DNA from: Ktedonobacterales bacterium
GTDB lineage: Bacteria > Chloroflexota > Ktedonobacteria > Ktedonobacterales > JADMIN01
Reading direction: 5' to 3'
Assembly: GCA_030167145.1 (NCBI GenBank)
Contig: CP126532.1
Span: 4,590,001-4,622,000 of the forward strand
Length of the DNA: 32,000 bases
The first letter of the stretch is position 1; each line of letters opens with the position of its first letter. The notes beneath the pieces are model-generated. The model saw only the letters and a program-made list of their open reading frames with translations. It had not been told where the DNA came from and ran no database searches. A program made the translations under genes and the position numbers. Shown here in pieces: positions 7,928 to 16,137 of the stretch.

Positions 7928-9712
7928 CTACCCCAGTTCCGCGCGCAGCCGCCGCAACTGTTCGGCGGGCAGAATGTGGAACATCGTCAGCAGCGTCTCC
8001 AGGTCGTAATCCATTCCTGATGCCGCGAGTTCCTGCTTGACACGCCCCAGCCCCGCGATCTGCTGTGGACTCACCATCCCCCGACTCACCAGCAGCGCGG
8101 CCAGAAATTGATCCGGGCTGAGGAACTTGAACATCATCGCCAATTCACCCAGCTTGAAATTGATTTCGACGCTGTTGAGCATCTGCTGGATACCCTTGAG
8201 CACCTCCAGCTTATCCGCTGAGAGCAATGCCCCCTCCACCAACACGGTGCCCAGCGCCTGATCTTCCTGCACCGCTGGCAGCCGCGACGCTCCCGGCACA
8301 TGATGCAGCGTCTGATGCGCCTCCACTGCCGCCGCGTTTCCTCCACGCAGCGATGCCGCATCCCACGTCTGCTGGCGCGCCTGCGCACCACCAGAGAGGC
8401 CCACTGTTCCGCCGATGGGCGAATACTTCATCTCCGGCACCACGCCAGTTTCACCTTCCATGTCTGGTGGCGTCCACACATCTGAGACCGGCGCCCCGCG
8501 TCCATGTCCATTCGCGCCCGGCATCGCTCCCATGCCCATGTGTCCGTTGCCGTTTTGCCCGCCACCAAAGCCGTTGTGGCCGTTGAGGCCGGGCGCGGAC
8601 GACTCATGCAACGCGCCGAAGCCCTCGAACGCGCTCCGCCCACCCCCAAGGCCATTGCCACCCCCAAAGCCGTTGAAAGGCTGATCTGAAGCGTTCCATC
8701 CCCCTGCGGACGATGGACCACCAGGAACAGCCCCGAAACGCGCCGTTGGTTCGGGGGGTGCATCCTGAATACCAAACTGCGCCGCATAAGCGTCACTCAG
8801 GCGTGCGGCGCGATCTTCAAAGCTGTTGGCTGGCGGCGGCGCGAAATTGCCACCACCGGGTTGCGCGAACGGATTGCGCGCGAACGGATCAGAGTGTGCG
8901 GGCGCTGACATAGGTGGTGGCGCACTAGGCGATGGGGCTACATCGGCAAACGGATTCTTGCTATACGGCTGCGCGAACGGCGACGCCTCCGCGCCGAACG
9001 CGAATGGATTCACCTCGCCAGGATGTGCGAACGGGCTGGACGCTGGCGTCGCATACATCTGCTGTTGCTGATGGGGCTGGCCGCCGGCATAGCCAAAGCT
9101 GGGCGCGAACGGCGCAGGTTGCGAGAACGGGGGTGGCGATGGCGGGGAGTACGGCATGGGCGAGAACGGCGAGCCAAAAGGCTGCGGCTGGCTACCCAGC
9201 GCGCCGAACGGCGCGGCTGAGGTTGGCGCTGGCAGGCCGAGCGGCGCGAGTGCGCCGCCGATCCCCGGAGCGCTCCCCACTACCGGCACGCGCTGGCGCA
9301 CACCATTGATAATCATCTGGAAATCCTGCGCGCCCCGCACCTCCACGTCCGCCACCGCGCGCCCACCCATCTCGAAATCCGAATCCAGCAGGCTTCCGGG
9401 CGGCGTGTAGCGGAAGGTCATCACCTGCAATTGCCGTCCCTGGCGGTGCGCATCCAGCGCCACCCAAAACTCCCGGCGGCTCGCCGTCGCGCAGCCGAGA
9501 TCCACCAGCACCAGCGCCACCTGATGCTTGGTGCAAATGTCGAAGAGGTCCACCGGCGTGCGCGCCGCACGCACATCATACGAGGCGATGCGTAGCTGCG
9601 AGAGCAGTGGCACGGCAATAGCATCATCGCGCTCGAACAACACGACCAAAGGCGAAACTGTCGTGCTTGGGTCGGCGTCCATCCCGGTCCCCGCGATCTG
9701 AAATGTTGCCAT
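7928..9712 (-). CDS. Receiver-like domain protein with a long NPF/FG/Gly-rich disordered region and a C-terminal MshEN/T2SS-E-N-like helical domain
   Basis: - N terminus: CheY-like beta-alpha pattern (LVVLFERDD...VALVLVDLG...VMTFR).
- Middle (~330 aa): low complexity rich in P, F, G, N, with repeated NPFA and FG.
- C terminus: LGTVLVEGALLSADKLEVLKGIQQ...KLGELAMMFKFLSPDQFLAALLVS, which resembles tandem GspE-N/MshEN repeats. Confidence 0.7.
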   Translation of the reverse strand: MATFQIAGTGMDADPSTTVSPLVVLFERDDAIAVPLLSQLRIASYDVRAARTPVDLFDICTKHQVALVLVDLGCATASRREFWVALDAHRQGRQLQVMTFRYTPPGSLLDSDFEMGGRAVADVEVRGAQDFQMIINGVRQRVPVVGSAPGIGGALAPLGLPAPTSAAPFGALGSQPQPFGSPFSPMPYSPPSPPPFSQPAPFAPSFGYAGGQPHQQQQMYATPASSPFAHPGEVNPFAFGAEASPFAQPYSKNPFADVAPSPSAPPPMSAPAHSDPFARNPFAQPGGGNFAPPPANSFEDRAARLSDAYAAQFGIQDAPPEPTARFGAVPGGPSSAGGWNASDQPFNGFGGGNGLGGGRSAFEGFGALHESSAPGLNGHNGFGGGQNGNGHMGMGAMPGANGHGRGAPVSDVWTPPDMEGETGVVPEMKYSPIGGTVGLSGGAQARQQTWDAASLRGGNAAAVEAHQTLHHVPGASRLPAVQEDQALGTVLVEGALLSADKLEVLKGIQQMLNSVEINFKLGELAMMFKFLSPDQFLAALLVSRGMVSPQQIAGLGRVKQELAASGMDYDLETLLTMFHILPAEQLRRLRAELG

Positions 9713-9800
9713 CTACGACCCCACACCCTTCCCGATTACTCTTGAGTGCCGCCACCCCTGCCGTATTGTGTCGTAGGTCACCGACCTCTGCCGTATGTCA

Positions 9801-9809
9801 AGTATAACA
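9801..9809 (-). promoter_or_regulatory. Candidate extended -10 promoter for the receiver-like gene
   Basis: Minus strand TGtTATACT, ~85 nt upstream of the ATG at 9712. The -35 is poor. Confidence 0.3.
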
Positions 9810-9875
9810 CACCACTCGCTGCCCAACAGCCCAATTAGGGCAGTGTACGTCGCGACACCACGCGCCCACACACGC

Positions 9876-11147
9876 TCACGTACCACTCACCACCCCACGC
9901 GCCACCGTCAACGCCACCAGATTCACCCCAAAGTGATATGCCAGTTCGCGCTCATCGTCGCCACGCAGCACGATCACATCGCAGCGCTTCCCAGGCTCCA
10001 GGCTGCCGACCTCGCGTTCTATCCCCAGCGCATGCGCGCCGCCCAGCGTCGCGGCGGTCAGCGCCTCATCCAGCGTCATCCCCATCGCGCTCACCGCCAG
10101 CGCCACCATCATCTGCATGTTCTCTGTATACGACGTGCCGGGATTGAAATCGGTCGCGAGCGCCACCCGTAGGCCACGTTCCAGCAGCCTCCGCCCCGAC
10201 GGATACGGCACACCCAGCGAGAACGAGCATCCGGGCAGCAGCGTCCCCGTCACCCCCGCCGCACGCAGCAGATCGAGGTCCGTGCCCCCCGCGAAGTCCA
10301 GGTGATCCGCTGATACCGCCCCCAACTCCGCCGCTAGCCGCGCGCCGCCCGTATCACCCAACTGGTTCGCGTGCAGCTTCAGCAAATAGCCCAGCCCTCG
10401 CGCTCGCTCCAGAATTCGCCGCGACTCCTCAACCGTGAAAGCCGTGCGCTCGCAAAAGACATCGCAGAAGCGCGCCCGCCCCGCGAACGCGGGCAGCATC
10501 TCTTCGCAGACCAGATCCACATACGCCGCCCGCCCCTCCGGCGTGCCGCGATACTCCGGCGGAATCGTATGCGCGCCGAGAAACGTCGGCACTACAGCGG
10601 GCAACCCCGGAACCGCCGCTAGTTCGTTCATGATCTCCAGGCACCGCGCCTCGGTGACGGCATCCAGCCCGTAGCCTGTCTTGCCTTCCACCGTCGTCGT
10701 GCCGTGCCGCGCGAAGCTGAGCAGCCGCTGGCGCGCCAGCGCCCACAACTCTTCCGGCAGGGCAGCGCGAGTCGCACGCACCGTATTCAGAATGCCCCCG
10801 CCACGCGCCGCGATTTCTTCATATGACACGCCCGCATGCCGCAACTGAAACTCCTCAGCGCGGTTCCCCGCGAAGACGAAATGCGTATGCGAATCCACGA
10901 AGCCCGGCAGCGCCGCCCGCCCACCAGCATCCTGCCGCGCGCCCGGCGCGACACTAGATGTATCCACCGCCCCATCGAGCGCTTCTTCCGGTCCCACCCA
11001 CACAATCCGCCCATCTTTCGCTGCCACCGCCCCGCGCTGCACCACCCCAAGCGGCCCCTCTGCGCCCGCCACAGTTCCCGGCGCAAGCGTCACCAGCCGG
11101 CTCACTCCGGTCAGCACCCAATCCGCCTGCTGCTTCTGCTGGTCCAT
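9876..11147 (-). CDS. hutI: Imidazolonepropionase
   Basis: HutI motifs GFVDSHTHFVFAGNRAEEF...GVSYEEIAARGGGILNTVRATR, GTTTVEGKTGYGL, KLHANQL. I chose the start at ATG 11147 (MDQQKQ...), 4 nt after the coaD stop. The track start at 11189 would overlap coaD. Confidence 0.9.
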   Translation of the reverse strand: MDQQKQQADWVLTGVSRLVTLAPGTVAGAEGPLGVVQRGAVAAKDGRIVWVGPEEALDGAVDTSSVAPGARQDAGGRAALPGFVDSHTHFVFAGNRAEEFQLRHAGVSYEEIAARGGGILNTVRATRAALPEELWALARQRLLSFARHGTTTVEGKTGYGLDAVTEARCLEIMNELAAVPGLPAVVPTFLGAHTIPPEYRGTPEGRAAYVDLVCEEMLPAFAGRARFCDVFCERTAFTVEESRRILERARGLGYLLKLHANQLGDTGGARLAAELGAVSADHLDFAGGTDLDLLRAAGVTGTLLPGCSFSLGVPYPSGRRLLERGLRVALATDFNPGTSYTENMQMMVALAVSAMGMTLDEALTAATLGGAHALGIEREVGSLEPGKRCDVIVLRGDDERELAYHFGVNLVALTVARGVVSGT

Positions 11148-11151
11148 GCGC

Positions 11152-11727
11152 CTATCCCCCAAGCTTCCGCTGAATCGCCGCAAGGACATTCGGCGTCACG
11201 ATGCCATTCAGGTCGCCATGCAGCCGCGCCACTTCCTTCAGCAGCGACGAGCTAATGAACAGATGCGGCAGCGACGAGATTATCATGAGCGTCTCCACCT
11301 CCGGCGCCAGATTGCGATTCATCAATGCCTGCTGAAACTCATACTCGAAGTCCGTCACCGCCCGCAGCCCGCGCACAATCGCTTGCGCGCCCACCTTCCG
11401 CGCGAAGTCCACGATCAGCCCCTCGAACCGCTCCACTCGCACTCCGGTCAGCCCCTCCTCCACCATCGCCTCGCGCCACAGCGCGGCCCGTTCGTCGGTG
11501 TCGAACATTAGCTTCTTATTCGGCGTATCGTAGACCGCCACCACCAGATCATCCACCAGCTTCGCGGCGCGGCGCGCAATATCCAGATGCCCACGATGCA
11601 CCGGATCGAACGAGCCGGGATACACCGCCACGCGCCGGTGCGGCACGCCGCCTGCCGCCCCTATCGCGCCTGCTTGCTGTTGCGCCCCTGGCCCATCCGG
11701 GCGGCGCTGCCCGTCATCCTGCCGCAC
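11152..11727 (-). CDS. coaD: Phosphopantetheine adenylyltransferase
   Basis: VAVYPGSFDPVHRGHLDI (HxGH nucleotidyltransferase motif) and the rest of a CoaD-length core. GTG start at 11727, with GGGAGGG 7 nt upstream, gives a ~32-aa low-complexity N-terminal extension. Internal GTGs at residues 28 and 33 are alternative starts. Confidence 0.88.
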   Translation of the reverse strand: MRQDDGQRRPDGPGAQQQAGAIGAAGGVPHRRVAVYPGSFDPVHRGHLDIARRAAKLVDDLVVAVYDTPNKKLMFDTDERAALWREAMVEEGLTGVRVERFEGLIVDFARKVGAQAIVRGLRAVTDFEYEFQQALMNRNLAPEVETLMIISSLPHLFISSSLLKEVARLHGDLNGIVTPNVLAAIQRKLGG

Positions 11728-11778
11728 CGTTCATCCCTCCCGCTTCCGCGCGACCGCCCGATACTCGCGCGTACCGGC

Positions 11779-11807
11779 ATTCTACTCGCCCAGCGGCGCG
11801 CTGTCTA
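11779..11807 (-). promoter_or_regulatory. Sigma70-like promoter for coaD-hutI
   Basis: Minus strand: TAGACA (11802-11807), 17-nt spacer, TAGAAT (11779-11784). Confidence 0.45.
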
Positions 11808-11840
11808 CGGGAGACCTGGGCCACCGCCCATTCCCCATAT

Positions 11841-11869
11841 TTGCATAGCGGCCAAAGAACAGATATTCT
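11841..11869 (+). promoter_or_regulatory. Sigma70-like promoter for the YdeI-family gene, positioned for a leaderless mRNA
   Basis: TTGCAT (11841-11846), 17-nt spacer, TATTCT (11864-11869). Only 6 nt separate the -10 from the ATG at 11876, and there is no Shine-Dalgarno sequence. Confidence 0.45.
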
Positions 11870-11875
11870 ATATCT

Positions 11876-12457
11876 ATGACCAACACCACAGACCACCCTA
11901 CTATCGCCTTCGCCACCCAACAGGAGCTAGAAGCATGGCTCGCGCAACACCATGCCGATACCTCTGGCCTCTGGCTGAAAATTGCCAAGAATAGCGCGGA
12001 CATCCCAACCGTATCCTATGCCGAGGCCGTGGAAAGCGCCCTCTGCTATGGCTGGATTGACAGCCAAAAAGCCACCTTTGATAGCCAGTACTTCTTGCAG
12101 AAGTTCACTCCGCGCCGCCCCAAGAGCGTGTGGTCGCGCGTCAATCGTGAGAAAGCCACCGCGCTCATCGCCGCTGGCAGAATGCAGCCAGCGGGCCTGC
12201 GCCAAATCGAGCTGGCCCAGGCCGATGGCCGCTGGGAAGCCGCCTACGACTCGCAAAGCACGATAGCCATTCCGCCAGACTTGCAAGCCGCGCTCGACGC
12301 CCATCCTGATGCCAAAGCCTTCTTCGCCACCCTGGATAGCGCCAATCGCTACGCGATCCTCTACCGTCTCCAGACCGCGAAGAAGCCCGAAACCCGCGCC
12401 GCGCGCATCGAAAAATTCATTGGCATGCTCGCACAGCGCGAGAAAATCCATCCCTAG
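11876..12457 (+). CDS. YdeI/OmpD-associated (OmdA) family protein
   Basis: Typical family blocks: GLWLKIAK...VSYAEAVESALCYGWIDSQK...F..KFTPRRPKSVWSRVN, and the C-terminal ANRYAILYRLQTAKKPETRAARIEKFIGML. Confidence 0.85.
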   Translation: MTNTTDHPTIAFATQQELEAWLAQHHADTSGLWLKIAKNSADIPTVSYAEAVESALCYGWIDSQKATFDSQYFLQKFTPRRPKSVWSRVNREKATALIAAGRMQPAGLRQIELAQADGRWEAAYDSQSTIAIPPDLQAALDAHPDAKAFFATLDSANRYAILYRLQTAKKPETRAARIEKFIGMLAQREKIHP

Positions 12458-12533
12458 CGTCTGAGCGAGCAGGAGGTAAACGGCAGCATACCCGCATCGA
12501 AGCGTCCGCTACCCATCCGATCTCGCCCGCTCC

Positions 12534-13700
12534 TCATTCCTGCCTGCGCCAGAGATCTGGCCACGTTTCGGCTTGCATCTCACTCTGCGCTGTTCTGCCA
12601 TACTCTGGCGCGGCTGGTAGCGCCATACGCGGATTCAGCAGCGCAGTTGGCGTAGGCGGGCCTGAGCGCGGCGATTGCGGGCGATAGACAAAAAGCTGAC
12701 GGAGATCGGCAACCAGCGGATCCAGCGGCGTTCCCGACGTTCGTGGCCACTCTGGCTCCTGCCGCGCCTGCCACGCCCGCAACGCCATCCGCAGTTGCGT
12801 CACCTCCTGCGCCATCACCTGCGCGAAGCCATCCTCTTGCGCCAGCCGTTGGAACCGCGCCAGCAAATTATTGAGCGCCACGCTCACCTGCCACAGCACG
12901 TTATCCTGGTGCGCAGGCGCCCGCGCCGCAAGGTCGCCGTTGGCGACACGCAGATGCGTTGCCAGAATCTGCTGGATCCCCTCTGCCAGCTCGCGCCGTT
13001 GCTGCAACTCGCGATGCTCCAGCTTGGCGATTTCCTCGGCGCGGTCCGCCCGCCTCAGCGCACTCGCCGCGCTTTTCACCCACAGATACGAGACCAGCGC
13101 CACGATTACATGTAGCGCAACCGGGCCGACCACCAGCGAATACAGGATGCCCGTCGAGGTAATCATCTGGTCCCACATCATCGTATGCGGCTGCAAGCGC
13201 ACATCCATCACGATGAACGCGCACTGCGTCACCGCCACCAGAAATACGCTCTCTGGCCGCAGCAGCGTCACCGCGATCAACTCTGATGTCACTAGCAGAT
13301 AAAAGACAGGAATGAACAACGGATCGAGGCCGCCCTGCGCGTCCAGCAGCGCCCAAATCAACGCCCCATCCACCACCAACACCAGCAACAGCCCAGCCCA
13401 CCGCACGTGTCCCGCGCGATTCAGCGGAATCACTGCCAGGCATCCCAGCACCACCAGCGCCACACTCGGCAGCGTCGCGCGCAGCAGCGGCACATCTATC
13501 GCCACCAGCCCCACCGCCACCAGCATCCCCACCAAAATCAAACTCGTAATGCGCCCGCGCCGCACGCGCTCACGCTCCTCCAGTTTGGCGTTCGCTGGCA
13601 CGGGTCGTGGCGCACTCAGGCGATACCACAATCCCAGCAATGAAACCGATTCAGCAACTGACGAACGCAACCCACGTGGATTCCCCGATGGCAGCATCAT
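12534..13700 (-). CDS. Polytopic membrane protein with a C-terminal HAMP-like segment and no recognisable output domain
   Basis: About 6 hydrophobic helices after an N-terminal WYRLSAP...ERERVRRGR motif. These are followed by coiled-coil/HAMP-like sequence (LRVANGDLAARAPAHQDNVLWQVSVALNNLLARFQRL). RBS GGGAG upstream of the ATG at 13700. Confidence 0.65.
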   Translation of the reverse strand: MMLPSGNPRGLRSSVAESVSLLGLWYRLSAPRPVPANAKLEERERVRRGRITSLILVGMLVAVGLVAIDVPLLRATLPSVALVVLGCLAVIPLNRAGHVRWAGLLLVLVVDGALIWALLDAQGGLDPLFIPVFYLLVTSELIAVTLLRPESVFLVAVTQCAFIVMDVRLQPHTMMWDQMITSTGILYSLVVGPVALHVIVALVSYLWVKSAASALRRADRAEEIAKLEHRELQQRRELAEGIQQILATHLRVANGDLAARAPAHQDNVLWQVSVALNNLLARFQRLAQEDGFAQVMAQEVTQLRMALRAWQARQEPEWPRTSGTPLDPLVADLRQLFVYRPQSPRSGPPTPTALLNPRMALPAAPEYGRTAQSEMQAETWPDLWRRQE

Positions 13701-14054
13701 CGCTTTTCTCCCGCCCGCGCCAGGAACACGCTACGCGGCCAGCTTCTCTTCTGCTCATCCCGCGCCATACCACGCACGACAAGCAGGCCATCCCCATGAC
13801 TCAAAGCTGGCGCCAGGATCGCGGCGTCCCCACCCCACCTCAATAACGATCCATCAGCACAACCGGCGACCGGCAACCGCCACAGCATATGCGCCAGGTT
13901 GCCCACGTGTCAACGTGCCGGTGTGTGAACCACTTCACACCCACGCTTCACCCACACATCCGCGAAAGCGTACAGATAAAACGCACTCGCTACCTGCACC
14001 TGCTGACTGGTCCACTAACCGTCCCTCTATCCAGCGATAAGCGAAAACACGCCA

Positions 14055-14084
14055 TTGACCAGCGCGCACCCCATGATGTACACT
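14055..14084 (+). promoter_or_regulatory. Candidate promoter for the ABC-2 transporter operon
   Basis: TTGACC (14055-14060), 18-nt spacer, TACACT (14079-14084). It would give a ~240-nt leader. Confidence 0.35.
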
Positions 14085-14193
14085 TGACGAACGCCCCGTG
14101 CGCGGAATCGCTGTGTCCGCGTGCGGGAACGGCGACACGGGGTAGGCGCGGCCTATCCCGCATCACTGCGTGTCCAAAAATGTGTCTCGATAC

Positions 14194-14223
14194 CCGGCCC
14201 CCATTCGCGGGAGCTGGGTTTTC
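14194..14223 (+). terminator. Terminator-like hairpin inside the ABC-2 operon leader
   Basis: CCCGGCCCCC (14194-14203) / GGGAGCTGGG (14210-14219): 10-bp stem with one G.U pair and one mismatch, 6-nt loop, then TTTT (14220-14223). Confidence 0.3.
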
Positions 14224-14331
14224 GTGCTGGCGCGCTCACCCGCACGCCGCGCAACTGGGCTTCAGCCCCATGTCATCGTGCGCCGGTCCTTTAGGGCCGC
14301 GACACATCCCCATATCACCAGAGGAGGCGCC

Positions 14332-15126
14332 ATGTTCCCGTTCTATCTCGAAGTCGCCCGCGCATCCTTCCGGCGCGTCCTCGTCTATCGCTGGGCCAAC
14401 CTCGCGGGCATCCTCACCAATGCCTTCTTCGGCGTCATCATCTGCTACGTCTACGTCGCCCTGTTCACTGTGCGCCCTACCACCAACGGCTATGACCTGC
14501 ACGATACCCTGCGCTATATCTGGCTGGTACAGTCGCTGGTGATGGTCGTCCTGCGGTTTCGCTGGGAAGACCTCATGCTCACCATTCGCTCCGGCGCAGT
14601 CATCTCGGACCTGAGCAAACCCTGCGACTTCTACGGCTACTGGTTCAGCCGCGAAGTGGGCAGCAGTCTGTACTACCTCTTCTACCGAGGTATCCCCACC
14701 TACTTTGCCGGCATGCTCTTCTTCGGCATCGGCATCCCCACCGACTGGATCATCTGGCTCGCCTTCCTTTGCAGCCTCACCCTCGCCACCGCCTTGGGCA
14801 TCGCGTACCGCTTCCTCTATAACATCAGCGCGTTCTGGCTACTCGAAGCCCGCGCGATTGGCGGCATCGCCGGTGTCGTCGCCATGTTCTTCGGCGGCTC
14901 CTATATCCCTCTGCCGCTGCTCCCACCGTGGCTGCAAGCCATCACCGCGTGGCTCCCCTTCAACGGCTTGTTCAACGTCCCTGCCGAAATCTTCACCGGC
15001 AAACTCAGTGGCCTTGATCTCAGCATTGAACTGCTACGGCAGGCGCTTTGGGTCGTCGCCTTCACCCTGCTCGCCCGCGCCACCACCACCATCGCCGCCC
15101 GGCGTGTTGTCGTCCAGGGCGGCTAA
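14332..15126 (+). CDS. ABC-2 family transporter permease (DUF990/ABC2_membrane_6-like), subunit 1
   Basis: I chose the ATG at 14332 because GAGGAGG lies at 14321-14327. MFPFYLEVARASFRRVLVYRWANLAGILTN... and six hydrophobic segments fit this permease family. Confidence 0.75.
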   Translation: MFPFYLEVARASFRRVLVYRWANLAGILTNAFFGVIICYVYVALFTVRPTTNGYDLHDTLRYIWLVQSLVMVVLRFRWEDLMLTIRSGAVISDLSKPCDFYGYWFSREVGSSLYYLFYRGIPTYFAGMLFFGIGIPTDWIIWLAFLCSLTLATALGIAYRFLYNISAFWLLEARAIGGIAGVVAMFFGGSYIPLPLLPPWLQAITAWLPFNGLFNVPAEIFTGKLSGLDLSIELLRQALWVVAFTLLARATTTIAARRVVVQGG

Positions 15127-15146
15127 CTCCCGTATACCAACAGGCC

Positions 15147-15169
15147 GTAGGGGCGTCCGCAGGACGCCC
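15147..15169 (+). repeat. REP-like hairpin with a GTAG head, between the two permease genes
   Basis: GTAG + GGGCGTCC-GCA-GGACGCCC (8-bp perfect stem). Confidence 0.55.
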
Positions 15170-15212
15170 GATATGAGAAGAACACAAACGCCCACTACCA
15201 GGAGAACCACGC

Positions 15213-16031
15213 ATGCTCACCGGCATTCTCGACGATCTGCGGCTGTATCGTCGCCTCATCGGTCTCAGCATCCGCTCACAAGCCCAATACAAAGCCAACC
15301 TCATCACCGACATCGCCACCTATTTCTTCGTCACCGCACTCGAATTCACCATGGTGCCACTGCTCTTCGCCACATTCCCCACGCTGCTCGGCTGGAACCT
15401 TGGCGAGGTCGCGCTGCTCTATGCCGTCACCTCGCTCTGTTTTGGCCTCGGCGAACTTTTTGGCGCAGGCATAGATCAGTTCTCGGAAACCATCCGCCTC
15501 GGCGAGTTCGACCGCCTGCTCCTCCGGCCGGTCAGCGCGCTGCTTCAGGTCGCCTCCAGCGATTTCCGCTTGCGACGGCTGGGCCGCCTCACCGAAGGCG
15601 TCCTCATCTTCATCTTCGCCCTCCATCTACTCCCTGGTTTCACCTGGACTCCCCTCAAGCTCGCACTGCTGCCCCTCGGCATCCTCAGCGGCGCGCTCAT
15701 CTTTATCGCCATCATGCTCCTCGGCGCCACCCTCTGCTTCTGGACCGTCGAAACCACCGAAATCATCAACATCCTCACCTATGGTGGCCGCGAGATGCTG
15801 AGCTGGCCCATGCACATCTACAATCTTGCGATTCAACGTATCTTTATCTTCATCATCCCGCTCGCCTTTGGCTCGTATCTGCCCACCTGCTACCTGCTCG
15901 ACCGTCCGCTGCCCTTTGGCCTCCCCGGCTGGGTCGCCTTCTGCGCTCCCCTGCCCGCCCTGATCGTCGTTCTCGTCTCCTACACCCTCTGGCGCTTCGG
16001 CATCCGCCACTACCAGAGTACCGGCAGCTAG
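15213..16031 (+). CDS. ABC-2 family transporter permease (DUF990-like), subunit 2
   Basis: MLTGILDDLRLYRRLIGLSIRSQAQYKANLI...GEFDRLLLRP... and multiple TM segments. It is a paralogous partner of the preceding gene. Confidence 0.75.
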   Translation: MLTGILDDLRLYRRLIGLSIRSQAQYKANLITDIATYFFVTALEFTMVPLLFATFPTLLGWNLGEVALLYAVTSLCFGLGELFGAGIDQFSETIRLGEFDRLLLRPVSALLQVASSDFRLRRLGRLTEGVLIFIFALHLLPGFTWTPLKLALLPLGILSGALIFIAIMLLGATLCFWTVETTEIINILTYGGREMLSWPMHIYNLAIQRIFIFIIPLAFGSYLPTCYLLDRPLPFGLPGWVAFCAPLPALIVVLVSYTLWRFGIRHYQSTGS

Positions 16032-16137
16032 AACACTGTGAAATGAGGAGGAAACCATCGAAATCCGTAGCGGCATGTATGCCACTTCGTCCCGTGCCCC
16101 GGCCATTGATCGCCAGATGAGTGAGAGGAGAACCAGC

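Noticed and set aside
8700-9250. Possible tandem DNA repeat or contingency locus inside the receiver-like gene's low-complexity region
   Set aside because: The repetition (NPFA, FG, GGG) is at the amino-acid level, with varied codons and spacing. I saw no exact DNA tandem units.
13312-14542. ORFs 13312..14040 (242 aa), 13889..14542 (217 aa) and 13935..14138 (67 aa) in the large gap before the ABC-2 operon
   Set aside because: The first is mostly antisense to the membrane-protein gene. The second runs off-frame into the permease gene. All three have Pro/Arg/Ser/His-rich translations with no RBS or motif.
14705-16120. 471-aa plus-strand ORF spanning both ABC-2 permease genes
   Set aside because: It is off-frame relative to two well-supported permease genes and crosses their intergenic REP hairpin. 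The translation is a Pro/Ser/Arg/His-rich low-complexity string.
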